Origin: Chiloscyllium plagiosum
Lineage: Eukaryota
Direction: 5' to 3'
DNA: 64,000 bases
Assembly (NCBI RefSeq): GCF_004010195.1
Contig: NC_057750.1
Location: 13,971,387-14,035,386, forward strand
The translations under genes and the position numbers were made by a program. Positions within the stretch are counted from its first letter, which is position 1. Every line of letters begins with the position of its first letter. Shown here in pieces: positions 49,334 to 61,029 of the stretch. The notes under the pieces were generated by a model. That model did no database searches, was not told where the DNA came from, and saw nothing but the letters and a program-made list of their open reading frames with translations.

Positions 49334-50429
49334 ATTATCTTCACGTGTACCTCAGTGCAGTGAAAAGTTTTGCTTTGCGTGCAATACAGTCAGATCATGT
49401 GATACAAAGTGCATTAAGGCAAAGAACAGAGCGAGGAATACAATGCTGCAGCTGCAGAGAAAATGCACAGAGAGAAGGATCAGCATTAAATTTAAAAATT
49501 TGAGAGTTAATTCAGGAGGCTAATAACAGCAGAGAAGAAGCTGTTCTTGATTTATGATCCGTGGAATTTGAACTCACATTTTCAGGGAATTAGCCTGATT
49601 GCCAGTCTGGCCACTTAGTTGCTGGTCTCGTGACATTACCACCATGTCATAAATCTGCATTGGACAACACGCTTTGACGAGAGTAGTTGTACTTACCACG
49701 CAAACAAAGTAATGAAGCACTGCTCAATTAATCTCAGAGGCAGACAATGAGAGACCATTTTGTGAAGCTATTAGTGACTTGGTGCAATCTGACATACTTG
49801 GGTTGGCTGCACATCTGCCTCTTTATTGAAGTTGCTTTAACATTTGTACATTAACTGGGGGGGTGAGCGCCGTTAACCTTGCCAGTATATCCACTAGGAA
49901 AATCTGGGTCATACATCTGAGGCTGCTTAAATGATGGAGCATGAACTGTTTAATGAGGAAGGATACAATATTTCTGGCGTTTGGAGGCAGGCAGGTTTGT
50001 AAAAGAATGTATGTCTCTCAACATCTGTTAAAGTTTGTGTCACTGCGATTAGCCAGCTGGCTGCTTGATCATTTAAAATCATTTAATAATTTGAAAGGCT
50101 TAATAATCTATTTACCTTAAGAGGCTTAAATCAATAAACAGAATTAAAATGTGCATGTTAGTGAGGGATAAATCTCGATCCAAAACATAGAAATACATAC
50201 ATGACCCTAATGCACTCTGCCTGATGTTGGGCTGACAACATTTTAAATATTGGAACAATTTTAATGATGAAATGTTAAACAGTGCCATTGCATTATCATT
50301 AATGATGAAAAACAGTAACGTGTTCTGGATATGAACTAATGATTAGTTTTAATGAGTGCAATATACATTTTATTTACTTCAAAAAAAATTATTCTTTTGT
50401 GTGATATGGATATCAATAGGTAGGCCAAC

Positions 50430-51085
50430 ATAGAAACACTGAAAATAAGGTACCATTTGGTCCATCAAGTCCACTCCACCATTCAACATGATCAGGGTCA
50501 ATCTTCTATCTCAACATCACACTCTCACCCTTTCCCAAACCCCTCGATATCTTCAGGCTCTAGAAATCTACCTTCTTCCATGGAGTCATGGAGTCATACA
50601 GTTATACAGTGCAGAAACAAAACCTTCAATGCAACTTGTCCATGCGAACCAGATTTCCTAAATCAATCCAGTCCCATTGCCAGCATTTGGCCCATATCTA
50701 TTCATATACCCATCCAGATGCCTTTTAAATGCTGTAATTGTACCAATCTCCACCACTTCCTCTGGCAGCTCATTATATACATGCACCACCTTCTACGTGA
50801 AAAAGTTACCCCTTAGGTCCCTTTTATATCTTTCCCCTCTCACTTTAACCCTATGTCTTCTTGTTTTGGACTCCCCCACCTGGGGAGAAAAAATACCTTG
50901 TCTGTTTACCCTATCCATGCTCCTCATGATTTCATAAACCTCTAGAAGATCACCCCATCAGCCTTCAAATCTTCAGGGAAAACAGCCCCAGTCTATTTAA
51001 CCTCTCCCTATAGTTTAAACCCTCTAACTGTGGCACTGACCAATAAAAGCAAATGCCTTCCTCACTACCTTATCTACCTGTGACA
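50430..51085 (-). mobile_element. CR1 3' ends (two adjacent)
   Basis: Antisense ORF 50677-50937 matches the other antisense CR1 readings; (GAGTCAT) tail. Confidence 0.85.
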
Positions 51086-51189
51086 TATTGAACGTATGGG
51101 CTTGTGGTGCAATGGTGGTGTATCTGACTGCAGATCAGAAGGTTGTATGTTGAAATCCCATCAGTCTCCTAATGCTTTAAGAAAGTAAG

Positions 51190-53560
51190 GGATTACTTTG
51201 GGAGTGGTGATCATAGTTCTGTGTGTTTTAGAGTAGTCATGGACAAAGAAGAGAGTGGTCCTCAAGGAAGAGTGTTAAATTGGGGAAGACCAACTATACC
51301 AAAATTCGGCAGACGCTGGGAACGTGGATTGGGAGCTGCTGTTTGAAGGTAAATCCACATTTGATGCATGGGAGGCTTTCAAAGAGAGTTCGATTAGAGT
51401 GCAGGGGAGATATGTTCCCGTGAAAATGAGGGATCGAAATGGCAAGATTAGGGAACCATGTACAACTGGTGAAATTGTGAGACTAGCTAAGAGGAAAAAG
51501 GAAGTATACCTAAGGTCTAGGTGACTGAAAACAGACAAAGCTTTGGACTAATATTGGGAATGTAAGACCAATCTAAAATGAGGAGTTAAGAGGGCTAAAA
51601 GGGGCCATGAGATATCTTTAGCAAACAGGGTTAAGGAAAGTCCCAAAGACTTTTATTCATATATAAGGAGCAAGAGGGTCACTAGATAAGGGTTGGCCCA
51701 CTCAAGGACAAAGGAGGAAAGTTATGCGTGAGTCAGAGAAAATAGGTGGGATTGTAAATGAGTACTTTGTGTTGGTATTCACCGAGGAGAGGGACATGGC
51801 GCATGTTGAGGTTAGGCATTGATCTTTGATTACTCTAGGTCAAGTCAGCATAAGGACAGAGGAAGTGTTGGGTATTCTAAAAGGCATTCAGATGGATAAG
51901 TCTCCAGGTCCAGATGGGATCTATCCCAGGTTACTGAGAAAAGTGAGAGAGGCAACAGCTGGGGCCTTAACAGATTTCTTTGCAGCATCCTTGAACACGG
52001 GTATGGCCCTGGAGGAGTGGAGAATTGTTAATGTTGTCCCCTTGTTTAAGAAGGACAGCAGGTATAATCCAGGTAATCATAGACCAGTGAGCCTGACGTC
52101 ATAGCAGGGAAGCTGCTAGGGAAGATACTAAGGAATAGGATCTATTTGCATTTGGAAGAAAATGGGCTTATCAGTGATAGGCAGCATGGTTTTGTGCAGG
52201 GAAAGTCATGTCTTACCAACTTAATAGAATTATTTGAGGAAGTGACAAAGTTGATTGATGAGGGAAGGGCTGTAGATCTCACATACATGGACTTCATTAA
52301 GGTGTTATGAAGTCGCATGAGGTCCAGGGTGTACTAGTTAGATGGATAGAGAACTGGCTGGGCAACAGGAGACAGAGAGTAGTAGTGGAAGGGAATTTCT
52401 CAAAATGAAGAACTGTGACCAGTGGTGTTCCTCAGGGATCTGTGCTGGGACCATTGTTGTTTGTGCCATACATAAATGATCTGGAGCAAGGGTATAGGTG
52501 GTCTGATTAGCACGTTTGCAGATGACACTAAGATTGGTGGAAGAGCTGATAGTAAAGGGTACTGTCAGAGAATACAGCAGAATATAGGTAGATTGGAAAG
52601 TTGGGTGGAGAAAAGGCAGATGGAGTTCAATCCAGGCAAATGCGAGGTGATGCGTCTTGGAAGATCCAATTCAAGAGCAAACTATACAGTAAATGGAAAA
52701 GTCCTGGCAAAAATCAATATACAGAGACATTTGGGTGTCTAGGTCCATTGTAACCTGAAGATGGCAACTCAGGCTGATAGAGTGGTCAAAAAGGCATACG
52801 GCATGCTTTCTTTCATTGAAAGGGGTATTGAGTACAAGAGTTGGCAGGTCATGTTACAGTTGTATAAGACTTTGGTTTGGCTACATTTGGAATACTGCAT
52901 ACAGCCACCACATTATCAAAAGCGTGTGGATGTGTAATTTTACGCTCATTAAAGAGACCAGAGAGGTCACACTCTATTTTACTTTTTGTTCTGAAAATTT
53001 GCTTCTCATTGAAGAGTCTGGTCAGTTTCTCCTCGATCACCAGGTTCCTCTGGCCTGGATGCCATTTTTGTCTACATTCATGATTGATATTTAGTTTTTT
53101 CCGGTCAGAGGAGGTTCACCAAGATGTTGCCTGTTATGGAGGGCACTAGCTATGAAGAGAGGTTGAGTAGGTTAGGATTATTTTCATTAGAAAGATGGAG
53201 GTTGAGAGGGAGCTGATTGAGGTCTACAAGATCATGAGAGGTATAGACAGGATGGATAGCAAGAAGCTTTTTCCAGAGTGGGGGACTCAATTACTAGGGG
53301 TCACGAGTTCAAAATGAGAGGGGAAAAGTTTAGGGGAGATATGTGTGGAAAGTCCTTCACATGGAGAGTGGTGGGAGCCTGGAACACATTACCAGTGGAG
53401 GTGGTAGAGGTGGGCACAATAGCATCATTTAAGATGTATCTAGACAGATACATGAATGGGCAGGGAGCAGAGGTATAGAGACCCTCAGAAAATAGGTAAT
53501 AGGTTTTGAAAGACAATCTGGATCGACGCAGAAAGGGCCTGTTCTTGTGCTGTTATTTTC
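51190..53560 (+). mobile_element. About 2.4 kb CR1/HER1 LINE ORF2 remnant, the longest in the window; non-coding
   Basis: [63 protein letters not shown]. Many stops and frameshifts. Confidence 0.95.
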
Positions 53561-53585
53561 ATTGTTCTTTGAAACCTCAACTTCG

Positions 53586-53900
53586 CGGGGTGGCGCGGTG
53601 GCTCAATGGTTAGCATTTCTGCCTGGGTTCAATTCTAGCCTCGGGCAACTCTCTGTGTGGAATTTGCACATTCTCCCCATGTCTGCTTGGGTTTCCTCCC
53701 ACAGTCCAAAGATGTACAAGTTAGGAGGATTGGCTATGCTAAATTTCCCATAGTGTTCAAAAGTATGTAGGTTAGGTGCATTAATAAGGGGTAAATATCG
53801 GATAGGGGGAATTGGTCTGGGTGGGTTACTCTTCGGAGGGTCGATGTGGACCTTTTGGGCTGGATAGCCTGTTATCACTGTGTACGGGTTTTATGACTGA
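53586..53900 (+). mobile_element. HE1-like V-SINE
   Basis: Head, V domain and tail. Confidence 0.88.
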
Positions 53901-54164
53901 CTAGCATGTAGTACTAGGAGTGACCCTAAAATTACTACCTTTGAATTATTAATCTCCAATATACTCTATTGCAAGACCTTGTCCCTCTTTATACCTATGT
54001 TGGCGCCAACATGAACCATAACCTTTGACTGTTCTCTTTTCTCTTTCAGAATGTTTTGTAGACACTCAATGACTTGCTTGGCCCTGGGAACAGGAAAGAA
54101 ATAAACCATCCTGGTGTCACATCTGCAGCTATAGAGACACATATTTGTCCACTTTATTGATTCT

Positions 54165-57100
54165 CAAGTTTGCCTTATGAAAAGAGATTGAACAGTTTAG
54201 GCCTATATTCTCTGGAGCGATCTCCTTGAGGTATCTAAGATGCTAAAGAGGATTGACAAAGACAATGGAGAAAGGATGTTTCCTCATGGGGGGCAATCCA
54301 GAACGAGAGGATTAGGATAAGGGGTAGCACATTTAAAACAGGGATGAAGAGAAACAACTTCTCTGTAATCTGTGGAATTCACTACCCCAGAGTACTGTGA
54401 CTGAGTAAATCTAAGGGTGCAGGAGACAGATGATTAATTAGTTAAGGGGTGAAGTTAAAGGGTTACAGAAAGTGGCAGGAAATGGAGTTGAGGTTGAGAT
54501 GAGATGAATCAACTCTTGTAAAGAATTAATCAATCCTTGGAAAAGCAGGAATTTATCAGAGATAGGCAGCACAGATCCTGCCTAACTAATTTAATTGAGT
54601 TTTTTGAAACAGTGACTAAATATATGGATGAGGGCAGTGCAGTTCATGTTGTTTAGATGGACTTCAGTAAGGTCTTTGAAAAGGTCCTATCTGGAAGGCT
54701 GGTCCAAAATGTAAGAGCCCGTGGGATCCAAAGAAAGTTGGCAAACTGGATCCAAAATTGGATTATAAATAGGAGACAACAATAACAGTGGAGTATTGAT
54801 TTCATAATTGGAAGCTTGTGACCAGTGGTGTACCACTGGATGCAGTGCTGGAACCATTAGTGTTTGTTGTTTAGATTAATGACTTGGATGTGAATATTGG
54901 AGGCATTTTTCGTAAGTTTGCAGATGACATGAAAATTGGTGGTATTGTTGATAATGAGTAGGATAGGTTGGCTACAGTCTGATGTTGGAGATAGTGAGGA
55001 CTGCAGATGCTGGAGAGTCAGAATGGATAAAGAGTGGAGCTGGAAAAAGCACAGCAGGTCAAGCAGCATCAGAGGAGAAGGGGAGTCAATGTTTCAGGTT
55101 GGAACCTTTCATTAGGACTGAACAAGCTGTTAAATTGGGCACAGCAATGGCAGATAGACTTTCCTGACAAAAGTGATCTCTGGGAATATTGTTTAGAGTC
55201 CATTATTAAGGATGAGATTGCAGAGTACTTAGAAGCACATGGTAAAATAGGGCTGAGTCAGCATGGCTTCATCAAGGGAGGTCATGCCTGACAAATCTGT
55301 CAGAATTCCTTGGGGAGATAATGAGCACGTTAGACAAAGGAAAGCCAGTGGATGTGATCTTTATGGATTTCCAGAAAGCCATTAATAATGTGCTGCCCAG
55401 GAGACTGTGAAATAAGAACCCATGGTATTAGGGCAAGATGCTGTCATGCATTGAGGATTGGCTGATTAACAGAAAGTAGACAGTGAGGATAGAGGAGTCT
55501 TTTTTACAATGGCAGTCTTTGACTAGTAGAGATCAGCAGGGATCAGTGTTAGGACCATAATTATTCATGTTATACATTAATGATTTGGATGAAGGAACTG
55601 ATGGCATTGTTGCTAAGTTTGCAGATGGATAGATGGAGGGATAGGTAGTCTGGAGGAAGCGGGGAGGCTGCAGAAGGACTTGGATAGGCTAGGAGGGTGG
55701 GCAAAGAAGTGGCACATGGAATACAATGTGGGAAAGTGTGACGTTATGCAGTTTGGTAGGAAGAATAGAGGCGTAATCTATTTTCTAAATGGGGAAAGGC
55801 TTCAGAAATCTGAAACACAAAGGGACTTAGGAATCCTATAAAGTTAGTAAGCAGGTTCAGTTGGCAGTTAGGAAGGCAAATGCAATGTTAACATGCATTT
55901 CAAGAGAGCCAGAGTACAAGAGCAGAGATTCCTGAAGAAGGGCCTGTGCCCGAAACGTCGAATCTCCTGTTCCCTGGATGCTGCCTGACCTGCTGTGCTG
56001 TTCCAGCAATAAAGTTTCAACTACAAGAGCAGAGATGTACTGCTCAGATTGTACAAGGCTCTGGACAGACTGCATTTGGAACATTGTGAGCAGTTTTGGG
56101 CTCTATATCTAAGGAAGGATGTGTTGGTTTTATAGGGTTTCCAGAGTGGGCTTGCAAGAATGATCCCAGGAATGAGGAGCTTGTCATATGAGGAGCACTT
56201 GATGGCTCTAGGTCTGTACACAATGGAGTTTAGAAGGATGAGGGGAATCTGATTGGAACTTACAGAATACTGAGAGGCCTAGATACAGTGACTATGGAGA
56301 AATTTTTTCCACTAGTAGAAGAAACTAGAACCTGAGGGCACAGCCTCAGAGTGAAGGGGCAATCCTTGAGAGCTGAGATGAGAAGGAATTTTGTCAGACT
56401 CTGTAGAACTCATTGCTGCAGAAGGCTGTGGAGGCCAAATCATTGAGATATTTAAGACAGAAATAGATAGGTTCTTGATGAGTAAGGGGATCAAAGGTGA
56501 AGGTAGAAGAATGGAGTTGAGAAACATATTAGTCATGATCAAGTGGTGGATTGATGGGCTGCTATATGGTCTTGTGGTGATGCATTTTGAGAGGTCTAAT
56601 AAGAGAAGGATATACACAATGAAGGTCGAAGCCTAGGCAGTACTCAAACAAAGGGACCTTGGTGTATAAGTCCAATGATGCCTGAAGGTGTCAGCCCAGG
56701 TAGACTGTTTGGTGATGAAGCTATACAGGTTTCATGCCTTCATTAGCCAGGGCATATAATATAGGTGCAAGGAAGTCTTTTCCAACTTTAAAAGGCATTG
56801 GTTAGGGGTCATGTGTGCAGTTGTGGTCACCATATTATCACTGGATTGCACTGGAGAGGGTGAAGGGGAGATTCACCAGGATGTAACCTGGGATGAACAG
56901 TCTCAGTTATGAGGAGAGAATAATAGGCTGGGCTTGTTTTCCCTGGAACAGAGGAGACTGAATGGAGGATCAAAGTTAACGAGAGGCCCAGACAGAGTGG
57001 CAGAGTTCCTCAGAGCTCCCCTTGGCAGATATGCCCAAGACCAGTTTAAGGTGATGAGCAATTGTTTTTGAGGAGATGTGAGAATTCTTTCACTCAGAGG

Positions 57101-57920
57101 GTGGTAGGACTATGGAAAACACTGCCTGAGAGGGTGGTAAGGGCAAATACCCTTGCACCATTTCAGAAGCATCTAGGTAAGTACTTAAAATGCCAGGGCA
57201 TAGTAGGTTATGTATCAAGTACTGGTAAATGGGATGAGTGTAGGTTGGTGTTTGCTGGCAAGTATAGGCATGGTGGGCTGAATGGCCTGTTTTTAATGCT
57301 GTATGACTCGATGATTCAATGACTACGACTCTATGAGATTTGTCATGATCACATCAATGGCAGAGCAGGTTTGAAGAGCTGAATTGCCTCTTCCTGCTCC
57401 TACTTCTTACGTTCTCATGACAAAACCGCCTCCCACTGTTGCTCTCCTACCTTTTTCCTCAACCCTTGCTGTGAAGATAAGTCACCGCTTGCCCATGGAC
57501 TTGGCTCCCACTGCATTCTCCTGAGAAACCGTCTCCTCCAACAGTATCCCAAAAGGAATCTTGATTAGAGAAATGGGGGGCCCGTGGTGCTTTAACTGTA
57601 CCTAGGGTAGACAGAGAAAGTCTTTTTCCTAGGATGATGACATCAGCTTGTATGAAAAGGTACAGCTACAAACTGAGAGGTGATAGATTTAAGACAGATG
57701 GCAGAGGCAGGTTCTTTACTCAGAGAGTGGTAAGGGCATGGAATGCCCTGCCTGCCAATGTAGTTCACTCAGCCACATTAGGGAGATTTAAACAATCCTT
57801 GGATAACCACATGGGTGTACTTGGGATAGTGTAGGGGGATGGGCTTAGATTAGTTCACAGGTTGGTACAACATCGAAGGTGGAAGGGCCTGTTCTGTGCC
57901 GTATTGTTCTATGTTCTATA
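54165..57920 (+). mobile_element. Stack of several nested CR1 fragments, with PLE inserts at 54987-55118 (-) and 55930-56021 (+)
   Basis: Repeated RT motifs (KFADD twice, SQHGFIKG) and four separate 3' ends (FFTQRVVRAWNALP and similar). Confidence 0.85.
55925..55966 (+). ncRNA. Type I hammerhead ribozyme motif with perfect 7-bp helix I
   Basis: GAGATTC-CTGAAGA(55932-55938)-A-GGGC-CTGT-GCCC-GAAA-CG-TC-GAATCTC. Predicted cleavage after C55959. Element 55930-56021 has perfect TSD TACAAGAGCAGAGAT (55915-55929 / 56022-56036). Confidence 0.85.
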
Positions 57921-58401
57921 CCTGAAGTTGCCCATTGACTTTCTGTAGCGTGACCACCTCACACTAATGTGCTGTCCATAAAGACCTCAGCCTTGTGGAA
58001 TACTCACAGTGAGCCCAGAGCTACTTCAGATCCAGGAGGTCGATAAACAGTACACCTAATAACACCTCATGAACACGTGGTCACCCTCAACAGGGAATCA
58101 GTGCTCACAGTGAAGGTGAACGTGGCCTAGTGGTAATGTCACTGGGTGTGCAATCTGGCAACTCAGACCGATGTTCTGATGTGCACATTCAAATGCTACC
58201 CTGTCAAACTAATAAACCTTTAATGGAAATTTGGTCTCACACCTTTAAAAGAGGTCGGGTGGGCAGCATTTTGGACCCAATTGATAACTCACTGCCAGTG
58301 ATTAAGAAAAGATAAAGTGATACACTGGGAAATAAGCCACCTTTACCTGGTCTATCTTCTACGTGACTCCAGACCTTCAACAATGGGCTTGACTCTTAAT
58401 T

Positions 58402-58533
58402 GGGAGAAAGTGAGGACTGCAGAAGCTGGAGAGTCAGAGTCGAAAAGTGTATTACTGGAAAAGCACAGCAGGTCAAGCAGCATCCGAGGAGCAGGAGCAT
58501 TGGTGTTTTGGGCATTAGCCCTTCATCAGCAAT
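58402..58533 (-). mobile_element. PLE family A fragment inside a decayed SINE S2 (58120-58570)
   Basis: Minus strand reads CTGATGAAGGGCTAATGCCCAAAACACC...CAGTCCTCACTTTCTCC. Confidence 0.8.
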
Positions 58534-58581
58534 GTTTGCCTTATGAAATGTCTGAGCAAACCACTTTATGCAAATGAATTG

Positions 58582-59908
58582 AGTGGCACAGTGGTTAGCA
58601 CTGCTGCCTCAAAGCACCAGGGACATCGGTTCAATTCTAGCCTTCGGTGTTTGTCTCTGTGGAGTTAGCACATTCTCCCCGTGACTGCATGGGCTTCCTC
58701 TGAGTATTCCAGTTTCCTCCCAAAGTCCAAAGATGTGCAGGGTAGGTGTATTGGCCATGCTAAGTTGTCCATAGAGTCCAGGGATGTGGGTTAACCATGT
58801 GAATTGCAGGGTTACAGGGATGGGGTGGGTGTGATGCCCTTTGAAAGCCGGTAAGGGCCAAATGGCCTGCTTTTTCATTGTAAGGATTCTTTGACTTTGG
58901 ATTCATCCAACATTACATGGGGGCATTCCACCTCTGAGCTGCCAGCAGCATTTTTTGCCCATCCCTAACTGCCCTTGGGAATGTGGTCCAACATCTGGCA
59001 ATATATTGAGTGCTCTGTCCCTTTATATAACTGGGTAACTTGCTTGGGGCATTTGTGAAGAGTCAGCCACATTTCTGTGGGCCTGGAATCACGTCTAGGC
59101 CAGATCAAGTAAGGCTGGCATATTTACTTCCCCAAGGTGAGGCAGGAGGGATTTCAATGACAATTGCTGGTAATTTCATACAAACAGATTTGATCAATGA
59201 ATTGATTCCTTAATTTATTAAATTTGAACTCTTTTAGGTGCCTGCCAGGGTGGAATTTGTATCCATGAAAATTAACCTGGATCTCTGGATTAAGAAGCCA
59301 GTGACATTACAACAGCAGCTCTGTTAAAAAAATAAACTACTCCTTCCATGAAGGATATGATTAATCATCCCTCAGGAATACATTACTGGAAACATTAGGC
59401 CAATGTTTGATTGCTCCTTAAACCCCCACTCTTAATTTCTTATTCTTTCAAGGCAAGACCAGCAATTATTGTTGTTCCACTGAATGGCTTGCTAGGTCAG
59501 GCAAGAGGGCAGTTAAGAGTGAACGACATAGTAATACATCTGTATTAGTATTATAATCAGAATTAGAATTCCTACAGTGTGGAAACAGGCCCTTCAGCCC
59601 AGTAAGTCCACACTGACCCTCTAAAGAGTAACCCACCCAGACCCATTCTCCTATTACTCTACATTTCCCCCTGACTAATGCACCTAACCTACACATCCCT
59701 GAACACTATGGGCAATTTAGCATGGCCAACTCACCTGACCTGCACATCTTTAGACTGTGGGAGGAAACCAGAGCACCCAGAGAATACCCATGCAGACACA
59801 GGGAGAATGTGCAAACTATACACAGACAGTCGCCCAGGGTTGGAATCGAACCTGGATCCCTGGCGCTGTGAGGCAGCCATGCTAACCACTGAGCCACCAT
59901 GCCACCCC
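58582..59908. mobile_element. HE1 SINE (+; 58582-58895), SINE S2 (-; about 58950-59320) and HE1 SINE (-; 59560-59908)
   Basis: Diagnostic heads, V domains and tails. Confidence 0.85.
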
Positions 59909-60199
59909 ACAGTTGTGGTAAGGATGGCAGATTGCTACCATGGTGGGATTTGAACTCACATCCCTATAACACTTGTTTTGGTGTTACTGGCCCAGGGACA
60001 TTACCGCCATGACAAGGTTACTCCCATTCAGTTTTATCATGGGCTGATTTTTATCTTAATTCCATTTAACCACCAAGGTTTGAATGTCTGAATACATTGT
60101 GATTGCATTTATTTTTCAACTTAGATCTCAAATTTGTGGCATGTAGTTTTGGTCCATGCATATGAGGGGCTTTACTGATTAACTTGGTTAGAGATTTTT

Positions 60200-60662
60200 A
60201 AAAAACCTGCAGATGCTGGATTCTAAGGTAGACAAGCAGGAGGCTGGAAGATCACAGCAAGCCAGGCAGAATCAGGAGGTGGAGAAGTCAATGTTTCCAG
60301 TGTAACCCTTCCTCAGGACCTAAAACGTTGGTTTCTCCACCTCCTGATGCTGCCTGGCCTGCTGTGTTCTTCCAGGCAAAAGTGAGGACTGCAGATGCTG
60401 GAAACCAGAGTTTAGATTAGAGTGGTGCTGGGAAAGCACAGCAGGTCAGGCAGCATTCGAGGAGCAGGAAAATCGATGTTTCAGGCAAAAACCCCTCATC
60501 AGGATTAGAAGCAGGAAGCCTCCAGGGTAGAGAGATAAATGGGGGGCGGGGGGGGGTAGCTACCTTCTCTCCAGCCCCACCCCCACCCACCCCCATTTAT
60601 CTTTCCACCCTGCAGGCTTCCTGCTTCTGCTATGTTCTTCCAGCCTCCTGCCTGTCTACCTT
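60200..60662. mobile_element. Palindromic PLE fragment nested inside another palindromic PLE fragment
   Basis: Inner element 60376-60626 with TSD CTGCTGTGTTCTTCCAG (60359-60375) / CTGCTATGTTCTTCCAG (60627-60643). Outer arms AAGGTAGACAAGCAGGAGGCTGGAAGA / TCTTCCAGCCTCCTGCCTGTCTACCTT. Confidence 0.85.
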
Positions 60663-61029
60663 ATTGATTAACGTTTTAGTATTTCAGGAGACATGATGCT
60701 CTTTTTTAAACTAGATGAGAGAGACAGGAAGAGACAGCTCTTGGTATAGTAATGGGCATTTGTTTGTATTGTGAGAGTTCTATTACCAAAGAAAGGAAAT
60801 ATTGAAAAGCATTAACTTGCTCTCAGTTCGGATGAATAAGGAATTATTCTTTTTTCTGTCTTGGGGAAAAAACAAGATGGCAGCAGTGTAGGACCCCTGA
60901 GCTGGGGCTCATCTGGTCCCATTGCTTTTCTTTTTTTTAAATGTTTTTCTTTTTTCTTTTCCTTTACTTACCGTTTGTCATGGTGGTGGCAGCAAATGGA
61001 CCCAGCACAGACTCAAGTGAGGCGTTAAC

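Noticed and set aside
51190..53560. Intact autonomous CR1 LINE
   Set aside because: 5'-truncated, with multiple stops, frameshifts and a foreign insert.
3393..59908. Recurrent MVAQWLALLPHS.../MDCGRKPEHP... ORFs as a gene family, and SINE heads as tRNA genes
   Set aside because: They are translations of HE1 SINE copies. The heads have A/B boxes but run straight into SINE bodies.
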